In this document: positions 24,983 through 38,639 of the stretch, piece after piece
Layout of the letters: every line of letters starts with the position of its first letter
How positions within the stretch are numbered: position 1 is the stretch's first letter
Assembly (NCBI RefSeq): GCF_035084215.1
Contig: NW_027139559.1
Span: forward strand, 7,378,001-7,442,000
Reading direction: 5' to 3'
Length of the DNA stretch: 64,000 bases
Source: Heptranchias perlo
Taxonomy: Eukaryota
Position numbers and translations under genes: made by a program
The notes under the pieces: model-generated
What the model was told of the DNA's origin: nothing
Database searches by the model: none
Seen by the model: only the letters and a program-made list of their open reading frames with translations

Positions 24983-25524
24983 TTTCTCAAAGCCGGTCTC
25001 CTGACTCTCTTAATTACAATTTTAAATTGATCACTCTTCATCATTGACTCCCCAATCAAAAGAAATAGATTTACCTATCCATCCAATTAAAATCCTCCAT
25101 AATTCTGAAAAGCTCAATGGATCTCTTCTTCGGCTTTTCGGATCAACTCGAAAAATCCCATCAATTTTAATGATCTAACTTCCATTCCTGGCATCCCCTC
25201 GTGAATCTACTTGGTACGTGGTCTGTGACATTTATATTCTTTCTTTAATGGAGCGCCTAAAACTGCACATGGCAGTTAAACCGTTGAGTAGCCATTGCCT
25301 TCGTGAAATTCATCATTACTTCTTAGACCGTGGTATATATGACAGTAAAGAATGTGATTTTTATTTCATATTGGGTTAACAGAGCAAAGGAAACAAGTGT
25401 ACAATGAAGAAACTGAAAATGGCAACTTTGGTCAAAGACTCGGGAGTGAGGATAGAAACGTCACCATTAATTTTGAGAATGTGTGAGGAAAGATTTTTAA
25501 AACAAATACGTTGTTCAGACACAT

Positions 25525-26790
25525 CGCAAGACCAGTGGATGTGAACAAAGGTTTTGTTGATTTCATCGCAAGAGCAGTGGATGAATACAGAATGTGTCTT
25601 AGAACACATGGCAAGAGCAGTGGATGTGTACAGAAGATATGTTAGGACACACGGTAAGAGCAGTGGATGTATTTCGAGGATATGTAAGGACACGTGGTAA
25701 AAGCAGTGGATGTATACAGAGGATATGTAAGGACATATGGTAAGAGCAGTGGATGAATACAGAGGGTGTGTTAGGACACGTGGTGGTAAGAGCAGTGGAT
25801 GTGTAAAGAGTGTGTGTTAGGACACATGGTAAGAGCAGTGGATGAATACAGAGGGTGTGTTAGGACACGTGGTGGTAAGAGCAGTGGATGAATACAGAGT
25901 GTGTGTTAGGACACATGGTAAGAGCAGTGGATGTATATAGAGGATATGTAAGGACACGTGGTAAAAGCAGTGGATGTATACAGAGGATATGTAAGGACAC
26001 ATGGTAAGAGCAGTGGATGAATACAGAGGGTGTGTTAGGACACGTGGTGGTAAGAGCAGTGGATGTGTACAGAGTGTGTGTTAGGACACATGGATGAATA
26101 CAGAGGGTGTGTTAGGACACGTGGTGGTAAGAGCAGTGGATGTGTAAAGAGTGTGTGTTAGGACACATGGTAAGAGCAGTGGATGAATACAGAGGGTGTG
26201 TTAGGACACATGGTGGTAAGAGCAGTGGATGAATACAGAGTGTGTGTTAGGACACATGGTAAGAGCAGTGGATGTATATAGAGGATATGTAAGGACACGT
26301 GGTAAAAGCAGTGGATGTATACAGAGGATATGTAAGGACACATGGTAAGAGCAGTGGATGTGTACAGAGTGTGTGTTAGGACACATGGTAAGAGCAGTGG
26401 ATGAATACAGAGGGTGTGTTAGGACACGTGGTGGTAAGAGCAGTGGATGAATACAGAGTGTGTGTTAGGACACATGGTAAGAGCAGTGGATGTATATAGA
26501 GGATATGTAAGGACACATGGTAAGAGCAGTGGATGAATACAGAGGGTGTGTTAGGACACGTGGTAAGAGCAGTGGATGTATACAGAGGGTGTATTAGGAC
26601 ACATAGCAAGAGCAGTGTATCTATACAGATGTATGTTAGGACATATATTAGGGATGTGCAATAAATGCTGGCCTTGCCAGCGACGCCCACATCCTATGAA
26701 CGAATAAAAATCACATTGCAAGAGCAGTTGATATATACATCGGGTATGTTGGGACACATCGCAAGAGCAGTAGATGTATACAGAGGATTG
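25525..26790. repeat. 43/46-bp minisatellite, main block
   Basis: Unit aagagcagtggatgaatacagagggtgtgttaggacacatggt with variants; it explains the repeated MCPYISSVYIHC ORFs. Confidence 0.95.
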
Positions 26791-26849
26791 ACTTAGGCTT
26801 AGAATGAGTTTCTCAGAACAATATAGGTTTGCACATATTTTTGGTAACT

Positions 26850-27330
26850 ACGTTTCACAAAAGATTTACTTTCATGGACGTATTGATGCCCCTCAAGCTC
26901 AGAAACTCTGAGCTCGAGCTCGAACAGTTGGCAGCACTTCCTGCACATGTGGTTTTCCGGGACACACGAAGTCTTCTGGAGTTCCCACATGGAACAGGAT
27001 GTACATGTTACGGGCCCCAGATGTCCTGCCAAGTTAGCTAACAGTAACTTAAACTGTTTGTTTCGCTTTAAGGCACTTTACTGTTTATCTGTCACTGAAA
27101 CACAAACCACTAAAAAACACAAACCAATGAATTCAATACTTACAGACTTACCCTCTGCTCTCCTGCTTGCTTTGTTTTGATTCCTTGTGTGTCTCCCTTT
27201 TATGCTTCGGTCAGTTTTAGTCTATAGTGTTTTGGTTAAAATAACTTCGCACCTTCTTCCCCCTCTGCACCTAATTCCCACCCTCACCAAATTCCCAGTT
27301 GAAAGTCCTCACTCTGTTTGCGCTTCACTC
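26850..27330 (-). mobile_element. CR1 5' end (ORF1 N-terminus and probable 5' UTR)
   Basis: MAGHLGPVTCTSCSMWE...HMCRKCCQLFELELRVSELE (zinc finger plus coiled coil of CR1 ORF1). Confidence 0.8.
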
Positions 27331-28184
27331 CGTCAGACGTTCACTCCCTGTCTTTCCCAACCTCTGTTCTCAAGCTCTCATCAAATGACTTCAGGGTAAC
27401 TAAAGATCTACATTAAAGATCATAAATATATTTCGTGTAAAGTAAATCTAAAACATGCAATCGGGTCTTAAAATGACGGTGTGGAACAATTGCGTATCGA
27501 TGTTTCGCAAAATTCGTCTGAAATCGCTGCCTCCAATACTGTCTCAGAGGAATTAATCGATTACTGATCACAATCATGGTGGACGAAGGATGATCACACT
27601 TGAATGATGTCCCTCTCTCCAATATTTCAAAGAAGGGAAAGATCAAAATAAATGTAATATAGCCTCCGTTAAAGATGAGGAGGGCAGGCTACCACAGGAA
27701 CACGCTTATCATTCCTCTGCTGTTATCACATCAATAATTTCAGTAATTTGAAAATTATGTCCTCTGCGTTAGCAGGCGGAGGAATTTCACGGGGGCACTT
27801 TAAGTCTTGATGTGCAATTATCCCACTTTATAATTGCAAGGCCTATCAAAATACCTTGGGTTATATGTTATTCTGTACTGCGGAGGCGGGAGTTTGCACA
27901 GGGAGGAAAATCAGGCGGGAGCAAAACCGGCCTGATTTTCCTTCCATTAATTCAAATGAAAGGTAAATCGGACGGGATCCGTCATGGATGTTCGATCTTC
28001 CAAGCCTAATTTTCCATTCGGCGCAATGTCCAGGGGATGATTTGTGCCCAGGAGGTACAGACGGAAATCTACTCATTGATTCAAATGTGTAATAATCTGT
28101 CTGCAAGGTAGTAGAGTGAAAGACACTGAAGACATTTAAAGTGCAGCCAAAGGCTATGCTGGATGACATGAATAAAGGAACCTC

Positions 28185-29715
28185 GGAATATAGGGACAGG
28201 AATAGGCCATTTCGCCCCCCCGGGCCTGCACTGTCATTCAATGAGATCATGGTTGACCTGTGACCTAACTCCATATACCAGCCTTGGCCTCATCTCCTTC
28301 AATAGCTTTGGTTGACAAAAATCTATCAATCTCAGATTTAATATTAACAATTGAGCTCGTATCCTCTGACAATTGCAGACGAGAGTTCAAAACTTTTAGC
28401 ACCCTTTGCGTGTAGAAGTGTTTCCTAACTTCATTCCTGAAAGTCCTGGCTCTAATTTTTAGGCTATGTCCGCCAAGTGCGAGACTCTCCAACCAGCGGA
28501 AACAGTTTCCCTCTATCAGTTCCCCTTAATATCGTGAACACTTCGATCAAATCACCCCTTAGTCTTCTAAATTCCAGGGAATACAACCCTAGTTTGGGTA
28601 ATCACTCCTCGTAATTTAACCCTTGGAGTACGGTATCATCACAGTAAATACACGTTGCACTTCATCCAAGGCCAATATATCCGCCCTAAGGTGTGGTGCC
28701 CAGAACTGAACACAGTACTCCAGGTTTGATCAAAACAGTGATTTGTAGAGCTGTAGCATAACTTCCACCCCCATGTATTCTTGTACTCCAGATATAAAGG
28801 CCAACGTCCCATTCGTGTTTTTGATTATTCTCTGCACCTGTCCATGACATCTTAATGATCTATGTACATGGACATTTAAGTCTCTTTGAACCGCCACTGT
28901 TTCTAACTTTTCACCATTTAGAAAGTATTCTGATCGATCATTTTTGTTCCAAAGTTGATGACCTCACACTTACCAACATCGAAATTCATTTGCCACAGCT
29001 TTGCCCATTCCCTAAATTTATTAATATCGCTCTGGAATGTAATGCTTCGATACTGATTACAATACTGCCTTTCTTCGTATCTCCAGAAAACTTGGATATG
29101 TGGCTCCCTATTCCATCACCTAAGACGTTTGTAAATACTTTGAATGGTTGACGCCCCAACAGAGGTCCTTGTACGACGCCGCTCGATACAACCTGAAAAA
29201 TTGAGTATCTGCCCAATATCCAGACATTTCCCCCATGCCCCTCAGCCAATTTCCTGAACAGGTAAATTATATCCCCTAAATTCCATGAGCTTCAATTTTA
29301 GCTAACAGTCTCTTATGAGTGACTATATCGAATGCCTTCTGGAAGTCGATAGAAATAACAGCCATAGACATTCCCTGTTCTACTACTTTAGTCAACTCTT
29401 CCAAAAATTCAATCAGGTTGGTCAGGCATGTCCTTGCTGCCACTCTCTGATCAGCTGAAAATTTTCAAGGTGTTCAATAACCCTATCCTTAATTATAGGG
29501 TCTAGTAATTTCGTGAAAACAGATGTTTGGCTAACTGGTCGATAATGCCCTGGTTTCGTCTCTCACCTTTCTTGAACAGCGGAGTGACATGTGCAATTTC
29601 CAATCTGAAGGGACGGTTTCAGAATCGAGTGAACTTTGGAAGATTATAGTTAGGGCTTCTGCAATGTTTGCACTTACTTCCTTTAAAAGCGTGTGATGGG
29701 GATTTGTCACTCTTT
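28185..29715 (-). mobile_element. CR1 ORF2 fragment and 3' end
   Basis: FRNEVRKHFYTQRVLKVLNSRL; SGVVQGPLLG...SKFSGDTK. Confidence 0.9.
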
Positions 29716-30544
29716 ATTGCCATATATACAACAGCCAGGAGCTGTGAAGGGCCGAATGACCTTTGCTTGCTCTTGACGTCCTTGTTCTTGCATAAAGCAA
29801 CAGGGGTAGCGCGGGGAACAGCCGTGGCTGCAGAAATAGCTCCGTGGTGACCTGTCTCTTTAAACAAGAGAAGCAATCAGGAAACGGATACAAACGTAAG
29901 CTCGAACACAGTACTTGCACGCCCCTACATTCGCATACCGAGTGTGCTGAGGAAGCTCGCTCTACGAGCTGGTGAGTAAGATTTCTTAGTTTAAAAATAA
30001 GGTAGGAAGCTTGAAGCTGGAGAATCTTGTCATTTATTGCACTATTGTTTTGCTTGGCAGTGAAGCAATGTCACTTTATATCAGTCCTTAAAGCTGCCTT
30101 CGCAGTGGAATCCATGGGCCATTCCGTGGAGTATGTAAAGTATCCAATGCCATGTTCTGTTATCAGGTTCAGGCATTTAAGTTTACGGGAAGTTGGGCCA
30201 TAGTCGGGGGAGCAGGGAGCATGTTGGGAATTTAATGGGCATTTATTGAACATACTGACCAATCATTTTCGAAATCCCGATGAAGGTGAAGAAGGACGAA
30301 TAAGGAAAACTGCAATCAAAGTGAAAGAGGGAACGATAGAGCGCGGGAGAGACGGAGACAGGACTTGTGAGAAGACCCGAAAACACCCAAATATAGAAAA
30401 ACATTGAAAGACCAAGGTAAGAACTATTTTTATTGTTGAAAGAGGAAGGAATACACGCGGCAGGGGTAAGCGCTGGCGCGCCATCGCGTGGCCAGGCCTG
30501 GGATAACAATATATGTTGCGGCTTCATTATTTTATTAACTAATT

Positions 30545-31430
30545 CATGCCCCAGTTAGGAGGCACAGTAAGTATTGTAGACGGGAGCAGGAACTTGCAAA
30601 GGGACAATAACAGATTAAGTGAGTCGGAAAAAAAACGATGGCACATGTAGTGCAATGTGAGCAAGCGTGAGGTCATCAATTGTGGGTTGGAGAAAGGAAA
30701 ATCCGTTAACTTTCCTAAAACCGAACGTCAGGAACTGTAGAACATCAAAAAGATCTGGTGTCCATGTAGACAAATCAATAATAGCTATAGGACAGTTTAA
30801 AAAAGTAATAGAAAAGGCTATATGAATGATGCCCTTTATCCCAGTGGGGCTGAAATAGAAAGGGGAGGAAGAAATGCTTCCGTTATACAGAGCTCTGGTC
30901 AGACCCCATCTGGATTACTGCATTCAGTTTTGGGCACCGCACCTCAGGAAGGCTATATACCGTGCAGATTTACCACAATTATACCAGAGCTTAAATGGCG
31001 AAATTACAAGGACAGTTTGCACAGTTGTATTCCCTTGAGTTTAGACACTTGAGGTGTGATCTGATCGAGGTGCTTGAAATGATGAAGGCATTCGATAGGG
31101 TAGATACAGAGAAATTGTTTGCTCTGGTGGATTCCAGAACAAGACGGTACCATCATGAAATTAGAATTCGGTCATTAAGGGGTGAAATCAGGAAGCACTT
31201 TCCCACACGAAGGGTAGTGGAAATCTGAAACTCTCTCCCCCAAAAGGCTGTGGATGCTGTGGTTCAATTGAAATTTTCAAGACTGTGATTGATGGATCTT
31301 TGTTCGGTAAGGGTGTCAGGATATGTGAAGCTAAAGCGGGTAAATGGAGTTGGGGTACATATCAGCCATGTACTGATTGAATATCGAAACAGGCTCTTGG
31401 GGCTGAATGGCCCACTCCTCTTATGTTCCG
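30545..31430 (+). mobile_element. CR1 3' portion
   Basis: [27 protein letters not shown]...KHFPTRRVVEI. Confidence 0.88.
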
Positions 31431-32212
31431 ATAATGCTGTAATAGCAGAAATTAGTCACTAGGTGGTGTGTAATTCCTTCACACAAAATGAAGTTTCTTG
31501 ACACGAACACATCAATAACCAAGGATGCACAAATTGAGTTCAGGTGACAGAACAACACCTCCATTTCCACTGGGAATTCAGTTCGTTTCCATTAAGTTCG
31601 TAACTTTTTAAAAAAATGCTTGTGTTAAAATTGTGTTGTCGTATAACAGCTTAAGATGTTCGCCTCAATTCCCTTTCCATATTAATTTATTGTTGTGTTA
31701 ATCCTTTCATTCGATACAGGTACTTTAAACCCATTCCAAATGGCGCAGGAACTACTCTGTGTGAATTGCCAGTGCGTTATGTCAGATTAGCGAAGGCCCA
31801 GGTTGGTGAAACCGGGCACAGGTCAATGTGTTCCGATGATAACATCAATCGGCAGCATGTTTCAGTGGATTCTGTTTTCCTGTTCCTTGAATTGAATTAC
31901 ATTCCCTTCACGCTATCAGACTTAATTTTACACGTTTGTTCAGTTTCCTGGGCCTTGATTTATTCTGCAGGACAATAACTTCCCGGTGATTTCTCAGTGG
32001 GTTTGAAATTCCAATTTTAGATCACATGTTAACTTATTTATTTTTAATAGGGCAGTGTCTCCGTCAACATTGCGCCCACGCATGTCTCATCCAAAATGGT
32101 GAAGACACTGCGCAGGAAATTTCCGTGGTTCCGCCAAAGTTACGCTGGTGAAGCGGGAGAAACTCTGAGGAAATTCCAATTTCGGTGAGGTAATGATTGA
32201 AATTTTAGCCAC

Positions 32213-32355
32213 AATCTACTGTACAGTATATCCTAAAAATGCATAATATGTTTAAATAAATCTATTGTATAGTATATCCTAAAAATGCATAATATGTTTA
32301 AATAAATCTACGGTACAGTATATCCTAAAAATGGATAATATGATTGTATAAATCT
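32213..32355. repeat. 46-bp tandem repeat, 3 copies
   Basis: tcta..gtacagtatatcctaaaaatgcataatatgtttaaataaa at 32215, 32261 and 32307. Confidence 0.9.
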
Positions 32356-34517
32356 GTTAACGCCTGCCTTCAAAGAGGGGAAAAGGAGCATAATGGGAAG
32401 GTAAGAACCATCAGTCCATGAATACCGAGTAATGTTTTAGATGTTTTGTCCTTCTTTTTATTTTAACGAAGTGTAAGTGGAAATTGCCGATTGTGATATT
32501 AGTGCAGTTTTACTTTGGTGAGACATCCTTTGAATATTGTTTCAATGGAGGCATAACTGGTGTAAATTACACAGCTTAGAGTTTCAATTAATAAAAGAAG
32601 AGAGCAACAGAAAGGCGGAATATGGCTCGTGGAATATCGCGAACAGCAATTTCCAGCCTTCAGTTCCCCACAGTTTGCCACAGAACCGATTCATTCAATT
32701 TAGCTGCATGAATTGAAAGCGTCACTTCAGTTAATTCATTGTTGGATTTCTGTGCTATGAAAGAATGAATCAATTTATAAACATAATTACTAGAACTTGG
32801 TGCTGAGACTGAATACTCTTTCCTTAGAATATATGAATCTTATTGTAACAATTATTATACCGCTTAATAATTGGATTGGACTGACTGTCCGGGTTATTTC
32901 CCATGTTTCAGGAACACACCCTCCAGTTGCTCCGATCCATTAAATATCTGTCGTAAATTAATGGAATCGGAAACACACGTCGCTCGACTGAATTTAATCC
33001 CGAGATTATTTTAGTTGTTCAAGATATAACTTGTATGATGCTTATGGATGAGTTTTACTAACTCACTCATTGGAACAAGCTGAAAGGTGAATAAAAATGT
33101 GTATAAATGTATACAAGAAATAAGTGTTAGATTTAAACCCACAACTTTCATTAAAAAATACCTTCAATAACAGCATGGAGCAGATGGTATTTATTTTATT
33201 CCAAACCTTTGTTTTGACAGAATCTGAAAGTAACATCCTGAAAGTAGTTAAACAGCAATCACATTTCAAACAAAGCTGAGCACAAAATCTTTTGATGAGA
33301 ACATTTCGTTTCCAGACGATTAGGAGTTGGACAGAATTCCCTGTTTTTTTCTGAGGCTTTATTTAGGCAAATCACTGCAAACACAGTCATGTCAGGTAAA
33401 GGGTATTAGGGATATGGAGCAAAGAAGGGAATATGCAGTTGAGGTACAGGTCAACCATGATTTTCGGAGCAAGCGCGAGGGGTTGGATGGCCTGTTCCTG
33501 ATCATAATATCCATGTATCATATCAAAAACAAAATTGATCCTAATATCACAGTGTCACTCATTTTAGAATTTAATTGATGATAACGTCTATATCCAGGGT
33601 TTGTTGCTGCAATTAGATACAAGGGGGGAATCCATCGTCTAGCTATAGGAAGTGACGCTGTACAGGCTCTGATGTAAGTTATTTCTCCTCAGTATTTCTT
33701 GGCAAATGGTTAACGGGCACTTTGAAAATATGTTAACGAATTTGCCAGAAATAGGGCCTCAGAGAAATTGATTTGAAACCACCCATGATCTCACTGCAAC
33801 GAATTTCTACGGGAATTCTTACCCGTGGGTTGAGACAAGGCGTCTGATTTCCAACAGTTTTCTGGATATAAGTGTCGATAATCAGCATTCATTAATTTTC
33901 AATGGATTTCTTCAAGGTGTCAAGCCCTCAGACTGGGTCATATATCAATTCGTGCCTTAACCGCAGTATATTGGTAAAGAAAGATACACCTATGTGCTCC
34001 TATGGGCGTTATAGGTCATGCTTAATAAGTCTGAAGGTCACCTGGTTCTGTGCTATTGAAAATTAGGCGAGGGCGCCACTCATTAATGCCATAAAAATTG
34101 AGCCTCTATTCAAGGTGCAGCATTTGAATGCAATATTACATTGATTCATGCAATATTCATTCAGTTGCAGTAAATTCCAACCTGTCCCTCCTGGATATTC
34201 AATTATTTCTCCTCAGCTTATTGTAATTGATTCTGCCCAATTTTCCCAGTTCACTGGCTTACTACAGTTATGCGGAATTCTATTGAACGCTGGCACTTTA
34301 ATAAAACAAGAATAAAAAATGAGCTTACGAAAGAAAATCAGGCAAATAGTTATTGTGGTTTGGTTGAGTCTATCCCTGAATACGAGATGAAGTGGTGCAG
34401 TGCACCAGTCGATAACGGTGAGTGAGGCAATCCAGTCCCGTCTGTGGTCAGCAACCGATGGACGTTCCCAAACAAGCCTGGAATATAAATCGGAAGTACC
34501 TTCTGGCCAACTGGCCG

Positions 34518-34526
34518 TTAGTTCAC
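34518..34526 (-). CDS. IgNAR TM2 exon, coding part (V-N-stop); cytoplasmic tail K-V-N
   Basis: Minus strand tactatttcttttcactgcAG|GTG AAC TAA: strong polypyrimidine acceptor in phase 0, matching the TM1 donor, and the short K-V-x tail typical of membrane Ig. Confidence 0.7.
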   Translation of the reverse strand: MN

Positions 34527-36804
34527 CTGCAGTGAAAAGAAATAGTATGAAACCCAGTGAATAACAGAGTGAGGAAGTGACGTGTGACCACACTGAATAG
34601 TCAAAAGCGTAGGACAAAAAGCAGAATTATTGACGAATTGTCATGGAATGCGAGGGGGTTTCTGGGATTCGAGTGTTATTGTCCACAAATGAATGTCCAT
34701 AATCCTAACTCTCGAAAACACCCCTCGTCGCGTGTCTCCGTGAGTCTATAAATGATAAGAGAATCATTTGTAATCCAATATTATTTATACGGCCATAATT
34801 ATATGATTTCTGGAAAAATGTGACGATCCATGTGAATTGTCGCTAGGCTCCAGCAAACCTAGTATAGCCTCTTGTAAGTTTCCAATGAACTGAACATGAT
34901 ATTCCAAATGATTGGCGGTTTCTCTAGCTTGCTGTTATATTCTAGACTGCTTGAGCTGAAACCCAGCATCCCATTAGTACTTTTGAACGCCCGCTAGATT
35001 TCAGTGACACACGGATATGAACAACGGCATTTCGTGTTCGTGTACATCTCCTCAGAACTTCGCCATTTCCATATTATTCCCATCTACCATTCTTAGACGT
35101 CAAATGGACAACGTCATTTGTTGTTTCAGTGAACTGGACCTGTCAACCATCTGCCCACACGCTTAATGCAGCTATCTTCTTTTGTAATTTTCTGGTCCGT
35201 TCACAGTTCATTGTACTTCGTTGATTAGTATTAGCAGTAATCTTGTATATATACCCCTCTGCTCCTGAGCCATTGGTGAAGTGTTTGAGGTATAAATCTG
35301 ACATGGTTAGGAACTGTATTCATTCCCCATTTTAATGTAATGCAACGTGTCCCAGGTTCCAGATAATACGCTGATTTTACGTTGTTTCTCTTAAAGCTAA
35401 ACAGCAAAATTTACATCACTGTCAGAAGCAGAAAAGTGCAGTAGGTTGGAGTATAGAACTTTCGCTGTAATTCAATCAGAAGAGATGGGAGACGCGAGAT
35501 CGCACTTCAGCGCTATTACTGGTTGGGATGTGTCATTGAAGTGTGATAAGTGTCGATTGACAAATACTTGCAAATGTGGTGATCGGAATTTATAATGTAA
35601 TTAGAAAAATAAGGTAGAATGTATGACTTTGGAATGTGAAGAGAATTAAACCTGCACACCTGTTCAATTATCCTCAGCTCTCTATCACTGAGGCAGAACT
35701 TGCTCTCGACCGTCCCAGTGCAATGCCAAGGGAATTCCATGTGTGTGCATGAGAGCAATAGACTTAGATAGATAGCGAGATAGATAGATTTCTTGAAAGG
35801 CCGACAGACAGACAGAAAGACAGACAGACAGGAATGGAGAGCGAGAGAAACTGCAAGGTTTCATTCACTTTCAAGGTGTAATTGGTTACAATTTGATGGC
35901 TAGCAGCTTTTTAATTTCAGACACATTCGATGCCTCTATCTCTCGGTATACAGTAATCGCTCTGCGATGACATTGCATAAAGGAAGCTAAAACCAAATGT
36001 AATCTACGGGTTAAGCCTTTATTCATGAGGACGAGGATAATGGGGAAAAGCGCACAAATATATTTTATTTTCCATTTTAAAGTCATGTAGTCGGCCCTTG
36101 TATTTATATAATACTTTGATTTTATGTTACTGTTAATAGTTCAATCGAAAATAAACTAAACAATTTAGGAAGCAGAGACCTAGCGTTGGTTGGAGTTTAT
36201 CTGCAGTACAGGTTGAGTATCCGGGAGAGGCAATGCTGAGCTGCTTTCGATCCAACGATAACTGGAGGATGTCATTATAGCGTATCAAGTTTACATATGC
36301 TGTTGCAATTATTCATGTGGGCATAGATATTTATATTTTTAAAATAGTTCACACAGGAATGGCTTACAATCAAAAGGTTTCAATATATTAAATATTAAAC
36401 AGTAAAAACCGTCTGCCCACACTGGAATGCTGGTGGTCGGATTCCAGCAGATTCCCCGCAGATGGCACTCGTCACATTCCACCAATCTGGAAATTGGTTT
36501 GATTTCTAGGAGTAAGAAATGTCCTTATTTATCCCAGATTACGAACTCCAACAAATAAAACCATTTTCCTATCCATCACATGAGGTTCTTTTCGGTTTCA
36601 CTTGCCTTAATCTTTTCAGTAATCTCTGTATGAAATATAAATTATTTTCCAGTGAAAATCCATATTTAGGACATTTACCAAGCTGACTCTATCGGCTACA
36701 GGAGTGGCTACAAAATCAAACTCTGTAAGGTTGGTTATATCAAACATTAGTGATTCCTTAATCAGTTTATTCTTTCCAAGTGTTCAAATCCCTTAATAAA
36801 AAAA

Positions 36805-38180
36805 AAATCAAAGGGAAGAGGGATAATCCCGGCAACTGTCGGCCAGTCAGCCTAACGTCGGTGATGGGGAAACTTTTAGAGACAATAATCCGGGATAAAA
36901 TTAAGTTGGACTTGGAAAAGTAAAGGCTAATAAATGAAAGTCAACTCGGATCTGTTAAAGGAAAATCGTGTTTGACTAACTTGACTGAGTTAATTGATGC
37001 AGAAACGTGAAATGTTGATGAGGGAAGTGCGTTTGACGTTGTCTTTATGGACTTTCAAAGGGCATTTGATAAAGTACCACATAATAGACTTGTTAGTAAA
37101 ATTCAAGCCCATGTGATTAAAGGGACAGTGGTAGTGTGGATATGATATTTGCAAAGTAACAAATGGTAGAGAGCAGCGGTGAACGGTTGTTTTTCAGACA
37201 GGAGGGAAGTATACACTGGTGTTCCCCAGGGGTCAGTCTTAGAGCCACGGCTTTTTTTGATATATATTAATGACCTGGACTTGGGTATAGAGGGTATAAT
37301 TACTAAATTTGCAGCAGAAACGAAACTGAAAAAAATGTAGTAAACAATGTGGAGGATAGTAACAGACTTCAGAAGGATATGGACAGACTGGTGAAATGGG
37401 TAGACACAAAACAGATGAAATTTAACAGAGAAAAGTGTGAATGGATACATTTTGGTAGGAAAAATGAGGAGAGGCAAAATAAACTAAATGTGCACAGACA
37501 CAAATCTTTGAAGGTGGCAGTACAAGTTGAGAAGGCTATTAAAAAAACATGTGGGAGATCCTTGGCTTTATTAATCGAGGCAGAGAGTACAAAAACAAGG
37601 AAGTTATACTAAACCTTTATAAAACACTGGTTGGGCCTCAGCTGGATAGTGTGTTCAATTCTGGGCGCCACACTTTAGGAAGGATGTCAAGGCCTTAGAG
37701 AGGGTGCAGGAGAGATTTACGAGAATGGTTCCAGGGATGAGGGACTTCAGTTATGTGTGGAAATTGGAGGAACTGCGGTATTTCTCGTTAGAACAGAGAC
37801 AGTTAAGTGGAGATTTAATAGAGGTGTTCAAAATCATGAACGGTTTTGATAGAGTAAATAAGGAGAAACTGTTTCCAGTAGGAGGAGGGTCGGCAACCAG
37901 AGGACACAGATTTAAGGTGATTGGCAAAAATGCCAGAGGCAAAATGAGGGAACATTTTTTTACTCAGCGAGTTGATATGATCTGAAATGCACTGCCTGAA
38001 AGGGTGATGGAAGCAGATTCAATGGTAACTTTATGAAGGGAATTAGTTAAATACTTGAAGGGAAAAATGCAGGGCTATGGGGAAAGAACAGGAGAATGGG
38101 ACTTATTGGATAGATCCTTTAGTCACGATGGGCCAAATGGCCTGCTGCTATGCTGTACCTATTATAATACTATGATATGA
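36805..38180 (+). mobile_element. CR1 RT to 3' end
   Basis: gactttcaaagggcatttgataaagtaccacat; QERFTRMVPGMRDFSY...GDLIEVFKIMNGFDRV. Confidence 0.92.
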
Positions 38181-38639
38181 AATTTTGCACTGCTGCAGTT
38201 AAGCTAACAGGCCCTTCGTTACTTTGCATTACCCCTTTTACTCATTGTGTAAAGTTTACTGTCTCTCTCTTCCATGTCATGACATCTGAATCCAGCGAGC
38301 CTTTGCAGGTTGTAATTAATGTATAGCTAGTTGACTTATCTATTTTATAAATCCTTTCAGATGAAATCCGACTTGTCTGGAAATTTTGAATAGTTTCCAT
38401 TCCAGTAGTTTGTCCTTTGTTATGTTTTTTTTGACATTGAAAACCAATTTCTTTGAATACCATCCTTTCCAACCTATAGTGTTCCAGGTAGCTTTAGATA
38501 TCGTTTGGTCCATTTAAATTGCGAAGATTGCTTCAAAATATTAATTTATTTGTTGTTTTTTCGTTTTCCGTATCCTCCACTGTTATCACCCCTCAATCTC
38601 TTTTGAAAGGAAATGAGAGCTCGTGGAATTGGAGAGAAC

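Noticed and set aside
35640-35670. Alternative TM2 candidates (tgcag|GTT TAA; aacag|GTG TGC)
   Set aside because: No polypyrimidine tract; much weaker than the acceptor at 34527-34528.
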